A stretch of 64,000 bases of DNA from Leidyana gryllorum EB-2025a (Eukaryota > Protista > Apicomplexa): NCBI GenBank assembly GCA_048772705.1, contig JBLWGC010000041.1:101360-165359 (forward strand). Reading direction: 5' to 3'. The notes under the pieces were generated by a model, which ran no database searches, had not been told where the DNA came from, and saw only the letters and a list, made by a program, of their open reading frames with translations. Positions 13,001 to 24,337 of this stretch are shown here, piece after piece (position 1 is the stretch's first letter; the number at the start of each line of letters is the position of its first letter). Position numbers and translations under genes: made by a program.

Positions 13001-13143
13001 CAATGGGATTCAATAGGAAAGGAACTCCCCGCACACTCCTCTTGATCCCCAGGCCACAAGTGCGACCAGAAGATGATCTCGATACAGTCGCTCGGTTCTC
13101 AATCACTCGTGCAGCAACTGGCGATTGGATGTTAACAGAGTAA
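7022..13143 (+). CDS. Large WD40 protein, WDR7/Rabconnectin-3beta-like (multi-exon)
   Basis: N-terminal GLSDG...HTCAITQL...ESGSFTFWSLDDGRC and C-terminal ALHRETQRLAVG...AVAFVEDGTKLLSF...HVKVW resemble the WDR7 ends; introns near 11522, 12401, 12521 and 12659. Start unresolved. Confidence 0.7.
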
Positions 13144-13408
13144 GTGAGGGAGGAGACATGTGTTTGAATGATTATGGTGTGTGTGTGTGGTGTGTGTGGT
13201 GTGTGGTATTCGGTTGCGCCGTCAGGGGCTTCACGATTATATATTTGTTGTTGATTTGATCTACTTATATATGGTTTGTGGGCTCTTTGAAGGTGTACTG
13301 TCTGTCCCTCAGTCATCAGTACGAGCAAGTGTGGCGTTTGTCAAATGCTGCTGTGAACGGCGGGCGGTAGAAAAAGTATATATCAGCACAAAAACGACAA
13401 CAGATCAA

Positions 13409-14269
13409 TCAGCAGCATCCACCAGACTGTTTCTTGTGTTGCGTCGGTTGAACAGACGGCGCAACAGATTGGTGATTTGAAGATCTGTTGTTATGCTTAG
13501 TGGAACTCCTGGCCTGGCTCGGCTGATCATGAACCGAACCGCCAACAGCAGCAGCATTGGACGAGGGAGGGACGGGAACCGCCAAAGAATTAGATGGAGC
13601 CACTGAGGGCGGTATTGAAGTATAGCGCGCCAAGGGGGAGCCATACGCACTTAAAGTAGGGGGATATACGGGTTGCGATGTCATGGTCGATGGCGGTACA
13701 GACGGTGGCCTGCTCATCAGTAAACCGCCTTGCGCCGGCATATCACGGAAGGACATGTTAGCCAGTGTAGGTTTCGGAGCTGGGAGACTTTGACTCATCA
13801 CTGCGGCCGACGCGGGGATGCTCGCTGTAGAGACAAACGAAACCGGCACAGACTGAGAGATCTTCCTTTCAATTGGCGGACGCGAGTTGATAATAGTTCC
13901 GGGTGGCGGAGCAGCTGCTGACGGCTTAGGGGTGGGCTCCATCGTGCGAGCCGTAGACGGCACGTCTGGCGATGGAGCTCCAATCAAACCCCTACGCGCC
14001 AACGATGCGAGACTTTCGCCAGCAGGGATCACTGTTCCCACCATCTCCGTGGATCGAGGCCCCACAGCAACGGCAGTCTTGCTCTGTGGCTCATATGTGC
14101 TCCCGAAATGGGCCGTCGCGGCAGAGTTAAACATCGGGTTTGGCGCGGGGGCGGTTGTATTGGCAGTTAAAGGGGCAAGTCGATTCATCACAGTAGTCGA
14201 ACTTGAGGGCGGAGGGGCTAATGGGGACCGTTTACTCGTGTCAACCAGAGTTGAACGACTGTAATTCAT
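13409..14269 (-). CDS. Pro/Ser/Thr-rich low-complexity protein ending KKQSGGCC
   Basis: Long intronless ORF; start at 14269 or 14188. Confidence 0.65.
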   Translation of the reverse strand: MNYSRSTLVDTSKRSPLAPPPSSSTTVMNRLAPLTANTTAPAPNPMFNSAATAHFGSTYEPQSKTAVAVGPRSTEMVGTVIPAGESLASLARRGLIGAPSPDVPSTARTMEPTPKPSAAAPPPGTIINSRPPIERKISQSVPVSFVSTASIPASAAVMSQSLPAPKPTLANMSFRDMPAQGGLLMSRPPSVPPSTMTSQPVYPPTLSAYGSPLARYTSIPPSVAPSNSLAVPVPPSSNAAAVGGSVHDQPSQARSSTKHNNRSSNHQSVAPSVQPTQHKKQSGGCC

Positions 14270-14285
14270 ACAGAAAATTTCCCAA

Positions 14286-14875
14286 ATGGACCCAGTCTCG
14301 AAGGCTATCTTCAATGTACCTCCGCGTATAGTCTACCAGGCTCTCGCCACCACCGATGGGTGGTATAGACTTTCCCTCGGAGCCCACACCGATTTTGTAA
14401 GTGCATAATATCGCCCTTTCGTCTCATTTTGCAGCCCAAAAGGTTCCCGTTGTGGGCAACGCCTACTCTGTCTTGGATGGTATGCTCACGGGCAGAATCA
14501 TAGAGCTCCGTCCCGAGAAACTCGTCCACTTGAGCTTGAAATTGTAAGTCTGCCCCTCGCGCCTACTAATTCATGTTTCACAATCTTCACGCAGAGCGGA
14601 TTGGCCAGCGGATGCCACCCCATCTGACGTGCGCATCAAACTCGGCGAAGAGGGTCGAGCCGACTCCACTCGCATCGAAGTGGCACAAACACCAATCTAC
14701 ACTCGCCCGGGCGAGACCGAAGGTGTCGGTAAGGCTTCAGTTCACGCACACACGTGTGTCAATAACCAATGACTGCATCACAGCCACTAAACGCATGGCC
14801 ACAATGTGGGAAACCATCTGGGATCGATTAGACAAAGTTTTTGGCTACGGACGGGAGCGTCTGGAGGATGATTGA
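14286..14875 (+). CDS. Stand-alone Aha1 C-terminal (SRPBCC/START-like) domain protein, 4 exons
   Basis: Manual splice gives MDPVSKAIFNVPPRIVYQAL...YSVLDGMLTGRIIELRPEK...DWPADATPSDVRI...WETIWDRLDKVFGYG; three GTAAG...AG introns. Confidence 0.75.
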
Positions 14876-15114
14876 GTGATCTAAAGAACTAACCTAAAGG
14901 ATGACACTGTTTATACTAAAGCTCTGCCTGCCCATCACTCGCATCTCGATTTAAAAGAAAAACCATCAGGAAAGACACTCCTACTAGTCTTCAAGACACA
15001 CAAGGAGAGACACCAGCCACCCTCCTGTCGCTGTTGGAGTTGATTGGCGAGGAGACATGGCAAGAGCAAAAAAAAGGAGAAGCTGCAGAAAAAGTCCACC
15101 CTAAAACACGAACC

Positions 15115-16686
15115 CTAACAGGGGATGCAATAATGCTTTGGATGCCGCCTCCGGGTGGTGGGTGAGTTCTGCACTTTATAAGCTGGCGGATGCACAAGAT
15201 AGCCACTGACAGAGTTTAGCTCCAAGTCGTTAGGTATTCTCATCAATCTCCCATGCCGACCCACCACTGTTGGGACAGGACCGCCCATTGCATTGTGCTC
15301 CTCTGCATAGTCATATGGGGGTGGGATCTGGCTTAACACAATGTCTCTTAAGGACACTTCGTCATCAGCAAATAGATCGTAGTATTGCGCAGGAGCTGTA
15401 GCGCTCCCCAGAGGTAGATCGGGATCTGCTGGAACCACCAATACTGGAGGCTGCCGTTGCACCGACACAGCGCGATTGTAAGACGTCCGCGGCACGTGCA
15501 GAGATGGCCGCTGCACTGCTTGCCGTGGAGCAGCATGAAGCACTTGAGGGGGCGGGGGGGAAGGGGAGGTAGTAGCTACTGCCCCGACCTTCTCCAAGCT
15601 TTTCGGGTTATGAGCTAAAGCAGCCAGCAAAGGATTTGGGGTGAACGCGGGAACCGACTCTTTCGCCACAGTGTGCCCTTCGGCGGCAGGCAGCTCGTTG
15701 TTAACTGCTGCAGAGGACTGCTGGACGACAGGCCGGGCTATCGTTGTCGGGAGTCGAGAGGCGGGGGATACTGGAGGGGACGCCACAAACTCGGGCGCTC
15801 CTCTCATCACATACTTAGGAGCTGGAGTCAGCTTGGACATCGACGCCGGTGAATTAGCAGAAGGCCATTGGGTCTGCACCGAAGGTTTGGTCACCTGCGT
15901 CTGCTGCTGCAGCGGAGATGGAAGCACGTTGTTCGATGTTGCGCGATATGTTGTTGGAGCAATAACTGTTGTAGATGGGGGAGTCGTCAATGTCACGCTC
16001 CTTCCCAACTGAGATACAGTCGGACTCGACGAATGATGGAGTAAAGGGGAAATTTGGCGGCTTTCCACACTGGTAGCTATCAAATTGACACCGATAGTTG
16101 GTTCTGCAGATAATTGAGCAGGAACAGTTACTTCACCAAGAAGTGAGGCCATAGAGGGCCGAGGAGTGGAAGCTCGCATCAGCAATTCACTCTCTCTCAA
16201 AGAGGAAGACACTCTCGTCATCGAGAAGGGAGTAGGGGGGGAGAAAGGGGCAGATCCTTCCTTGCTGTTGTGTGCCCCTGATCGAGACCCATCACGGAAT
16301 ACCGTAGAAGGCCTCGACCCTGAACGAGATCGTGTGGCAGCGAGTGCTGTTCGTGTGTCTGTTGTGGTTGGAGTTTTCGGGTCGCTACTCAATCCATTCT
16401 GAGAAGACGACCGGTGTTTCAATTGAGCTTTGGCAGTACTAGCGGTAGTGTCGGCCAAGGAACGAAATCGGGAGGTTCCGAATTTAGCCGTCGACCGTGA
16501 CGTTGCCGCGGCTTGAGAGGGTGGGACTCGCGACAAATCGAGTTCATTCATACTCGCTCTTGGTTGTGTCATCCGCACACCCCCACTCGGGGTGCTCTGA
16601 TATCTTGTTGCTCCCATCGAAGGCTTTTGCTGACTGGAGTACTTCAAGGCCTGGGCGACCCGCCTCCCTTTGAGGTAGTCTGCCAT
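15115..16686 (-). CDS. Pro/Ser/Thr-rich low-complexity protein ending RRRHPKHYCIPC
   Basis: About 520-aa intronless ORF; first ATG at MADYLKG. Confidence 0.7.
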   Translation of the reverse strand: MADYLKGRRVAQALKYSSQQKPSMGATRYQSTPSGGVRMTQPRASMNELDLSRVPPSQAAATSRSTAKFGTSRFRSLADTTASTAKAQLKHRSSSQNGLSSDPKTPTTTDTRTALAATRSRSGSRPSTVFRDGSRSGAHNSKEGSAPFSPPTPFSMTRVSSSLRESELLMRASTPRPSMASLLGEVTVPAQLSAEPTIGVNLIATSVESRQISPLLHHSSSPTVSQLGRSVTLTTPPSTTVIAPTTYRATSNNVLPSPLQQQTQVTKPSVQTQWPSANSPASMSKLTPAPKYVMRGAPEFVASPPVSPASRLPTTIARPVVQQSSAAVNNELPAAEGHTVAKESVPAFTPNPLLAALAHNPKSLEKVGAVATTSPSPPPPQVLHAAPRQAVQRPSLHVPRTSYNRAVSVQRQPPVLVVPADPDLPLGSATAPAQYYDLFADDEVSLRDIVLSQIPPPYDYAEEHNAMGGPVPTVVGRHGRLMRIPNDLELNSVSGYLVHPPAYKVQNSPTTRRRHPKHYCIPC

Positions 16687-16756
16687 CCACCACTCAAGAG
16701 CCACCAATCGCAATCACAAAATCGAGGTGTTAATCCAAAAAATCGACATCCACACC

Positions 16757-17565
16757 TAGGTCAAGGGGATCTTGACCATTTTATCACGGTCCTCCTCGAC
16801 TCCTTGGAGTGCAAAGTGTTCATAAATATTGATCCATTCATCTCCGACTAACTCTGGTCTGCACAACGCGATCAATGGGTGAATTGATGAGACCTTTACT
16901 CACTCAAATCCGTGCAGGTTCACTTGACCCTTGTGACTTTTCTCCCACTCTTTCTCTCTCTTGTCTAATCGCTGGGAAATGATGGGCAAACCCACGGCAC
17001 TTCCAGTCCGTAACTTGAGGGACAACGTGGGCCGTGGCGGATGATTCCCGTACAGCACCGCAGCCGCGGCGTACTGCTTCAAAGCGGTCGCCACTGCTTC
17101 CGCCCCCGCTTCCCCAATGTCTCGCCGCGCGGACCTTACAAACCCCTCGTTTCGAAAGGCTTGATCAGCGGTCCCGTCTTTGGTACGGACCACCTGGATG
17201 TATTCTACAGTCAATCGATCTATGCTGGAGAGAGGGAGAAAGAGAACGTACTGCTAGCTTTGTCTTCCGTGTCAGAAAAGTCCTGGAAAGCTGCTTCAGC
17301 AGAAAGTGCGCCAACTACCTACCGGCACTTCGAGATCGTAATGAATATTCACATAAGGGTGGCCAGGGTCATAGTCGTCTTTGCCGTAAACTGGTTCTCC
17401 CAACAATCCTACATTTGGTTTGAAAGCTTGCATCGAAGCAACTGGAAAGTTCTCATTGCCAGCTCTGTAGGGGTTCATCTAATGTTCCTTTTGTGCGGTG
17501 AAGTCTTTCCAACCACTCACTGCGAAGGCTGTAGATATTAGAACCACAACCTGATTTAGTGGCAT
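16757..17565 (-). CDS. Hypothetical secreted protein, 4 exons
   Basis: Exon 1 MPLNQVVVLISTAFA (signal-like); 42-nt GTGAGT..TAG intron at 17479-17520 joins it in frame to MNPYRAG...; two further introns; ends KMVKIPLT*. Confidence 0.6.
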
Positions 17566-18731
17566 ATGCAAAGTCTTTTGAAGTCCTTCGTGGAAAGTAT
17601 AAAGCCAGTAGTTGAGGGTGCTGGCTCGGCTGTGGTGGCGAGTGGCTCCAACGATGATTCTGGAGCTGTAGCAAGCTGTACTCTTGACGGAATTGACTAT
17701 ACAACTGTCCCGTCTCCCGAAAACGGAGAACCGGTAGGCACCAAACGTGTGTGCTGTGCGAACTACTTACTCCCTTCCAGATATGGCCCGCCTTGGATGC
17801 CACTAAGCTGCAGGAAAGCTGGGAAAGTATCAAACAAAGCGTTTCGAACTCAGAGGCAGCTCAGCAGCACTTCAAACAGGCTGGCGAATTCGTAACTAAA
17901 GGATGGAGTATGGCAACTGAGTCTGTCAAGGCAACCGCAAAGGTCGTACTGGATGACGTTCAGGCTTTACGGACTGTCACGCAAATGGATGCTGAGATGC
18001 CGAAGGCGACTACTCTACCTCTGCCAGCGCCTCCGCCTGGCCATCCGTTTGCTACCCTTCCGTGGGAAGATGTAGAAGTCAAATATAAAGGAGAGCCTTG
18101 GTTGGACATTGCGGAGCCTCAGGAGTTACGGCAGGGTATCAAACGAATTCTTCGAGCGGTTGCGCAGGATGAGAGTTTGTTCGACTTCCCACCACCCCCG
18201 AGCGAATATCACTTCGAGTTTGACCCTTGGAGACAAGCCTTTGCAGCTGCTATGATTGTTATCGATCAGGAACTGGCAAGGCTCAGGTACGAGATGGTCC
18301 CCAAGCGTTTGAGAGAAGAGGACTTCTGGTTGATGTATTTCTATCGAGTTGAAACGGAGGCGATCCCCTCCATCCCGAAGAAAATTGTTGGCCAGCTGGC
18401 CGAATTGCGGGCGGGAGCGGAAAGCTCAGTTGCGGCCGACGAGAGGGACGAGCGCGCCAACAAACGCATCCACGAAATGAAGAAGAAAATACAACAGGAT
18501 AACGGAGGGAATGAGTCGATGGCTGCATCGCAGGGCTCGCTTCTGGACATCATTGGACGCGTGGTAGGCGGTGATGTTGCATCACCAGAAGGCGCAATTC
18601 CTGTTGTGGAGTTGACCAGTCCTCAGCGCGGTGGAGTAGAGGTCGCGGAAGACCCCACGCCAACACCCGAGCATCGCATCGGAGACGAGGAGCTGGAGGA
18701 ATTCGAGGAGATGCTCGCTAAAGGGGTCTAG
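17566..18731 (+). CDS. BSD-domain protein (SYAP1/BSDC1-like)
   Basis: DQELARLRYEMVPKRLREEDFWLMYFYRV is the BSD signature; phase-0 intron at 17734-17780 joins the ORFs. Confidence 0.8.
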
Positions 18732-18840
18732 TTCATGTTCGTGTACCGACCAATCTGTGGGAACTCCCAGGTAGATTCGAAAGTTATCCTCTTACCTCTC
18801 GCACAGGGCTAAGATGACCTTAAGATCGGCTTTCATACTC

Positions 18841-21800
18841 TCACGTGTCGGAGATCGAAGAGCTTCTGAGCCTTAGTGAACAGACAGACAGATTAGGACG
18901 CCGTTTCCTACCTGTTACAGGATTTCCCCCATCGGATATACTCCTCTGAACAATGCGAACCGCTCTCTCGATCATAGTCGTTAGTTGAATCTTCTCCGGC
19001 GAGCTGAGCGCCACCTCGTCGATATTCACATTCATTAGGGCATGGCTGGACAGATTGTGGCGTTACCCTCACCCGTGTGGAGACTTACGTTATCCAGTTG
19101 GCTCGCCTTGGGACATCCAACACGTCAGTGACGACAGAAGCCATCGGAACTCTCTTGATGGAAGGATCCCCAGAGGACGTTGCCAGACGGAATCGGGAAG
19201 TGTTCTCATCCGCTCGATGCTGGAAGCAGGCAGCCATGCTGTCGGAGAGGACTGGTTAGGGGTAGGGATCGTCGTGAGTCACAGACATCATTTTCGGAAC
19301 GTTACCTTTCACGACAGCCACCACAATTGACGTCTTATCTTTGAGACGCTCATCCTTGACATTCATGTGTCTTGTGGCAAGGATGGTCCAGAATCCGTGG
19401 GTTTTCTCGTCATTATCCTTGGAGCACGCGTGGTACAACGCAGTGTCCAGCTCGCCATCACCAATATGCTTGAGCAGCTGCTCAGCAACCGCTTCCTTGA
19501 CGTTTGAGAGGTCAATTTGCGAGAGATCGGTGGTGTGCGAGTTGTAGTTCTGGTCGTGGGCTGAGCGTGAGGACACCAATTGATCTTCGTGAGGGGTGGA
19601 GATGATGCCCTGTGGAGGGGCGTTGGGGCTTGCACGCAGAGCGGAGCTCGACGGCGGAGCCAACCGGCCACCATAAGGAGCCCACGACTCCACCATGGCT
19701 CCATGAGGTCTGCCGTAGATGGCCGAAGCACTGGCTGGCCAGTGCTGATGCCCAGTGGACGCAGTTGTCCCCAGACCGTCGTAAGGAGGGAACCGGCTGC
19801 TGGGTCGGAGGGGTGGCACCCCAGCTGTTACACTTTCGTAGGATCTGTCAGTGTAGCTGGGCCCACCATCTGAAGGGAGGTTATGAAACAGAGCCGCGAT
19901 TGGGGGGAAGCTTACACTGGGAGCGGGTAGTGCGATGAGCACAGGCAGGCATCTCTAAGGGCGTAGGAAGCTCGTGATGATGGTGGTGGTGAAAGTCGGG
20001 ATGGTAGGTACGACTGGAGGCGGAGGGCGGGGGAATGGAATGGTAACATCGGTACGGAGGTGCCATCTCGGAGACGCAGTCCAGACACTCATGTGGAGCT
20101 GGTACTGTGTGGTGGTAGTGTGTGGGCTCCGCACCCATGGTGGCAGATCTCCGTTGGGCTGGCGAGATGGGCGGTTGCAGGTGTTCCATGAAGTTCTGAC
20201 GCATTGTCTCGAATTGAATTCGGAGATTCTCCAACGCAGCCTTCATCGAAGAGGATTTTTCGCTGATGATATCGATCAACTCGGTCTGAAGGCGAGAATT
20301 GGGGATTCAGTTGCAGCAAAGGAGTCGACTCACGTTGTCCTTGGGCGCCGTCGGAGTGGCTCGGTTCTGCAAGAACTGCTCGGTGATCATAGAGCGTTGT
20401 TGCTCGAACAGACGCTCCAATTGGGACGAGAATTGTTGTACAAGAGTGTCCTTCTGTAAATCCATTGTCTGCCGAATCTCCGCAACATCCTCAATGATAC
20501 TGCTCAATTTGCTCTGTAGAGCAGATTTGAGCAGCGTGGATGTTTTGGAGAGATGGTCAGCTTGCAGTGTAGACATTTGTTTCGCAACACCACCCAAAAT
20601 GTCGTTCTTGGTGCGAAGCAGTAGACTGTTCAATATCTCCTCGGATACTCCAGTACCCTCGCTGTTCAACTTGCCCACTTCTTCTGATGCAGCAGTCACG
20701 GAAGATTTGACAGTGTCGGTCAACGAGCCCAGCCTCTCTTCCAATGTCTCCTCGATGCCTTTCAGGATGACTTGGCACACATAATTAGACATATGACTGA
20801 GAAAAGGCATTTTTCTCACACGGAAGACCCGTAAGTGCCACTCACTGTGAAAGGGATTCGCTGAGCGATTTGATCGCACTGTTGACGCTCTGTTGGATCA
20901 CTCGCTCGACTTGGTGAGTGATACGAGTGCTATTCTCCAACATACTCTGGTTCGAGACCAAGCGGTCTATGCGCCTGGAGAGATCTGCAGGAGGCAGCAA
21001 ATTAATCTTTGAGCCCGAAGGTGGTGAGAGGAGTGAGCGTACCTTCAAAGTCGAAATGAGTAGATGGAGCTGCAGGCTGGGAGAGAGGGATCCGAGACTC
21101 CAGTTTTGACACAATGAGTGTCGCCAACCCATCCAAAGAAACATTCTGCTCCTGAGGTTTGGGAGAGTCTCCGACGAGAGTGTAGTTGGGAGCACCCCAC
21201 ATCCTCTCATTCTCGTCTCCTTGTTTCTCTAAGGGAGAACTGAATCCGGGAGGGACGGTGAGAGGCGCGGCGAGAGGATCTAACGAGAGGTCGGGAGACT
21301 CTCGCAAACTTCTCACTTCCTCCTGTATGTCTCGCAGATCGTGTTCCTCATACGATGCGACGCCGTCCTCCATGTCGTCACCAGCCTCGTCATCGGGCTG
21401 AATGACTAACTCCTCTTCGGTATCATCCGACGAGGAAGGAGAGCTTTCGACGTCCCCTTCATTATCATCTTCACCTTCGCCTTCACCATGTTGGGGTATT
21501 GGCTCACGGCTCGGAGCTCCCGAACTGGAAGCCGAGACAGCCGCGCTTCCGTGACGGGGACGAGTTCCAGTGATGACCTTGGAGGAGTCGATGAGATTAA
21601 AATGAGCGGTCTCCGCTGGATTCGTGGTGGAGGGAACAATCAAATAGTATTGGTCATCTCTGACATTGACGATTGCGCGGGTGCCTGGGAATGCCTTGTG
21701 CCATTTGACTTGCAGATCACCCCCTGCAATCCATTTGAACTGAGCTATCCGAGTGAAAGGCGCCGAGCGCGAGCTTTTGGTCCTCTCCACAATAAATGTG

Positions 21801-23105
21801 AGGTGTCCGTCCAGGGTGAAGACCGGTGAATAGCGTACAGTGGGGCTGGTCTTCGCGGTTTGACGGAATCTGACAGTGCTGAGCACCGGCGACACGCGAC
21901 AATTGTCCAGAGACTGAGCACTCGCAGCAGAAGACCGACCTACGGGTCCATTCCAAGAAAACAAGTCGTAAAGAGCAAACTCCCCAGGCGTCTGTGTTTC
22001 GACACACATGGCGTTGCTTTGGAGACTGTGACCTTTAGTCTTGCCACGCCATTCATCCGACTCCGTTCTTCCACCGGACGAGCCCACGTTCTCCGCTGTC
22101 AATGGCGGAATGGCGTACTGGGCAGTCGCTCGGTTTTTCTCGCTCGGAGGACTGGGCCTCGCTTGACCGTTGATCATAAAACGATGAGCTTTGGTCGTTT
22201 CCAAGCGAAAAACGCCTCTGAAACATAAAGGATTGGTCTCTTCCGCGTTGTAAACAGCCACATGACCCTCGGTGAACAGAATGAACAATCGATCACAATC
22301 GCCAATTCTTTGGAAGCAAAAGTCGCGGAACTGGATTAAAGTCTCTACAGTGTGGGTAACAGGTTAGGTTAGGTTGAGTTGAAGTCAAGAGACGCAAACT
22401 CACTGTAGTCGTTTGGTGCGGCACCCGGGATGGTTTTGTGCAAACTTGCCACTCGTCGAACGACAGTGTACTTCTCGAGCTTGCACTTCGACGTCATACA
22501 CAACTCACTGTCATACACAGTGACAACCTCGCTAGACCCGATGTCATGCAGAGCCATGAATTCCTTGTGGAAGGTAACAAACAACCAGTCAGGAGACGCA
22601 TGCCAGCCCGCTTTGATCGGTTTGAGGTCCTCCTCTTTCGGGAACCGATATGTTCGTACCAGTTTCATCTCGTCGGGATCGTCAATCGGGACTCGATAAA
22701 TAAATACATTCCCCTCGCAGGTCAACACAGACACGTGAGGAGCTCGCGGATCATGAAGACACTCGATCTGCCGTACTTCTTCGGCGCACTGCGCTACCCG
22801 TGTCCATGCAGCTTGCCCTCCGACCACCAGGGTCATGTAAATCCGACTGCCCTCCTCAGGGCCGAGATTGCAGGCATAGCATATCACACTGCGAAATATA
22901 GTGTTTGAGCCGACTTGAAGTGTGAGAAAATCGCTTACGGCGGACTTTGATGGAGGAGTGGTCGATCTTCAAGTGGTGCAGGACTGTTTATCTGACTCAA
23001 CACACTCTCATAACTGAACGTTTCCTCTGCGTCAACGATTTTTGGCAAATCAACGTCAACATTCGACCTTAAAGCGACCTTTAACGACTCATCACTCGGT
23101 AGCAT
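18841..23105 (-). CDS. Large multi-exon protein: beta-propeller-like N-terminus, acidic linker, coiled coil, helical C-terminus; possibly EDC4/Ge-1/Varicose-like
   Basis: Chain of minus-strand ORFs joined by GT-AG introns from MLPSDESLK (23105). The architecture and LLKHIGDGELDTALYHA recall EDC4; the identity is tentative. Confidence 0.5.
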
Positions 23106-23144
23106 CTTCAGAGCCTGGTGGTGGCAAAAAAATTGTGGTTGAAA

Positions 23145-24321
23145 ATGCTAGCCCAGGGTCCGGGCAAAGCTTCTGGAGCTGCAGGCACCATTGCTCGTCT
23201 CAATGTGTTCGGGTCGACCAAGCGGAGTAAACAATGCCCCAATTGTCGCGACCGCGGTACCATTGTCTATGATAATCACAGTGGAGATGAACTTTGCTCC
23301 CAGTGTGGACAGGTTCTGGAACAAAAGGTTATGAGCGAGGAACAGGAGTGGCGTAGCTTCTCAAATACCGACGGAGGCAGCGGAAACGATAGGTCTCGCG
23401 TTGGTGGTAAGTCTAGCCGCCACTCTTAGCTCTCCTCGCATCAACATTTGTGTCCACAATTAGGCGTGAATGACACGTGGCTGGAAGAGGGAGTGCAAGG
23501 CACCACCATGATGGGGGGCGACCGACGCTTCAACCGTTTAGCGCAAGCACATGAGCTAGCCACGGTAGGTGTTTCAGAATTATCTTACACAACGATGGAC
23601 ACATAAACCAATCGTAGTCGGCGTCCAGTAGCGACCGTCAGCTCAAGACCGCCTTCAACAATCTTCGTCTGATCGGTGACCACTTTGGGCTGCGTGACAA
23701 CGCGCTTGAGCGTTGCAAGGAGATTGTAAAGGACATGCAAACGAGTGGCAATCTACGGAGCCGCACCGGAATCACCTATATGCTCTCTGTTGTGTACCTA
23801 GCTTGCCGCGAAGAGAATTTGACCTGGACCTTAAAGGAGCTCACCAGTTTCGACCGCACCATTCAAGAACGCGATTTGGGCAAAGCAGTCAACAAAATCA
23901 AGAAGTCTTTGCCCCAACGGAATCTCAACCCCACTACATATGCTTCTGCTGAATTGATCGTAAGTGAAAGCAGTCACGCTTGTTGGGATTTATACAAACG
24001 TGTGTGCTGCAGCCCCGGCATTGCCAAGTACTGAACTTGGGGCCGCCCGTTGTGCAGACGGCTGAACACATAGCACGAAAGGCGGAGCAGCTGATCCCCC
24101 GCAACCATAAACCCAACAACGTGGCGGCTTCAGCCATCTACTTGGCGGCTCAACTCCACAATGTACAAATGTTGAAGGCAGCTGACATAGCTCAAGCTTC
24201 CCGGTCTGGTTACAGTGCTATGATGGCAGTCTATAGAGAGATGGTACCCGTAATCAGAAGCCTAGTTCCCCCTAACTTCGTACCATTGAATGTTGGAGGG
24301 TTCAATGCCCTCAAACAATGA
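23145..24321 (+). CDS. TFIIB: Transcription initiation factor IIB
   Basis: Zn ribbon CPNC..CSQCG, B-reader EQEWRSFSN..DRSRVG, cyclin repeats (VYLACRE, AASAIYLA); 3 introns. Confidence 0.95.
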
Positions 24322-24337
24322 AAAACTGCAATATATT

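Noticed and set aside
13175-13206. GTGTGTG repeats resembling a telomeric or CRISPR-like repeat
   Set aside because: Short microsatellite between convergent genes, with no regular unit or spacers.
14311-14529. Minus-strand 72-aa ORF
   Set aside because: Antisense to the spliced Aha1-C gene.
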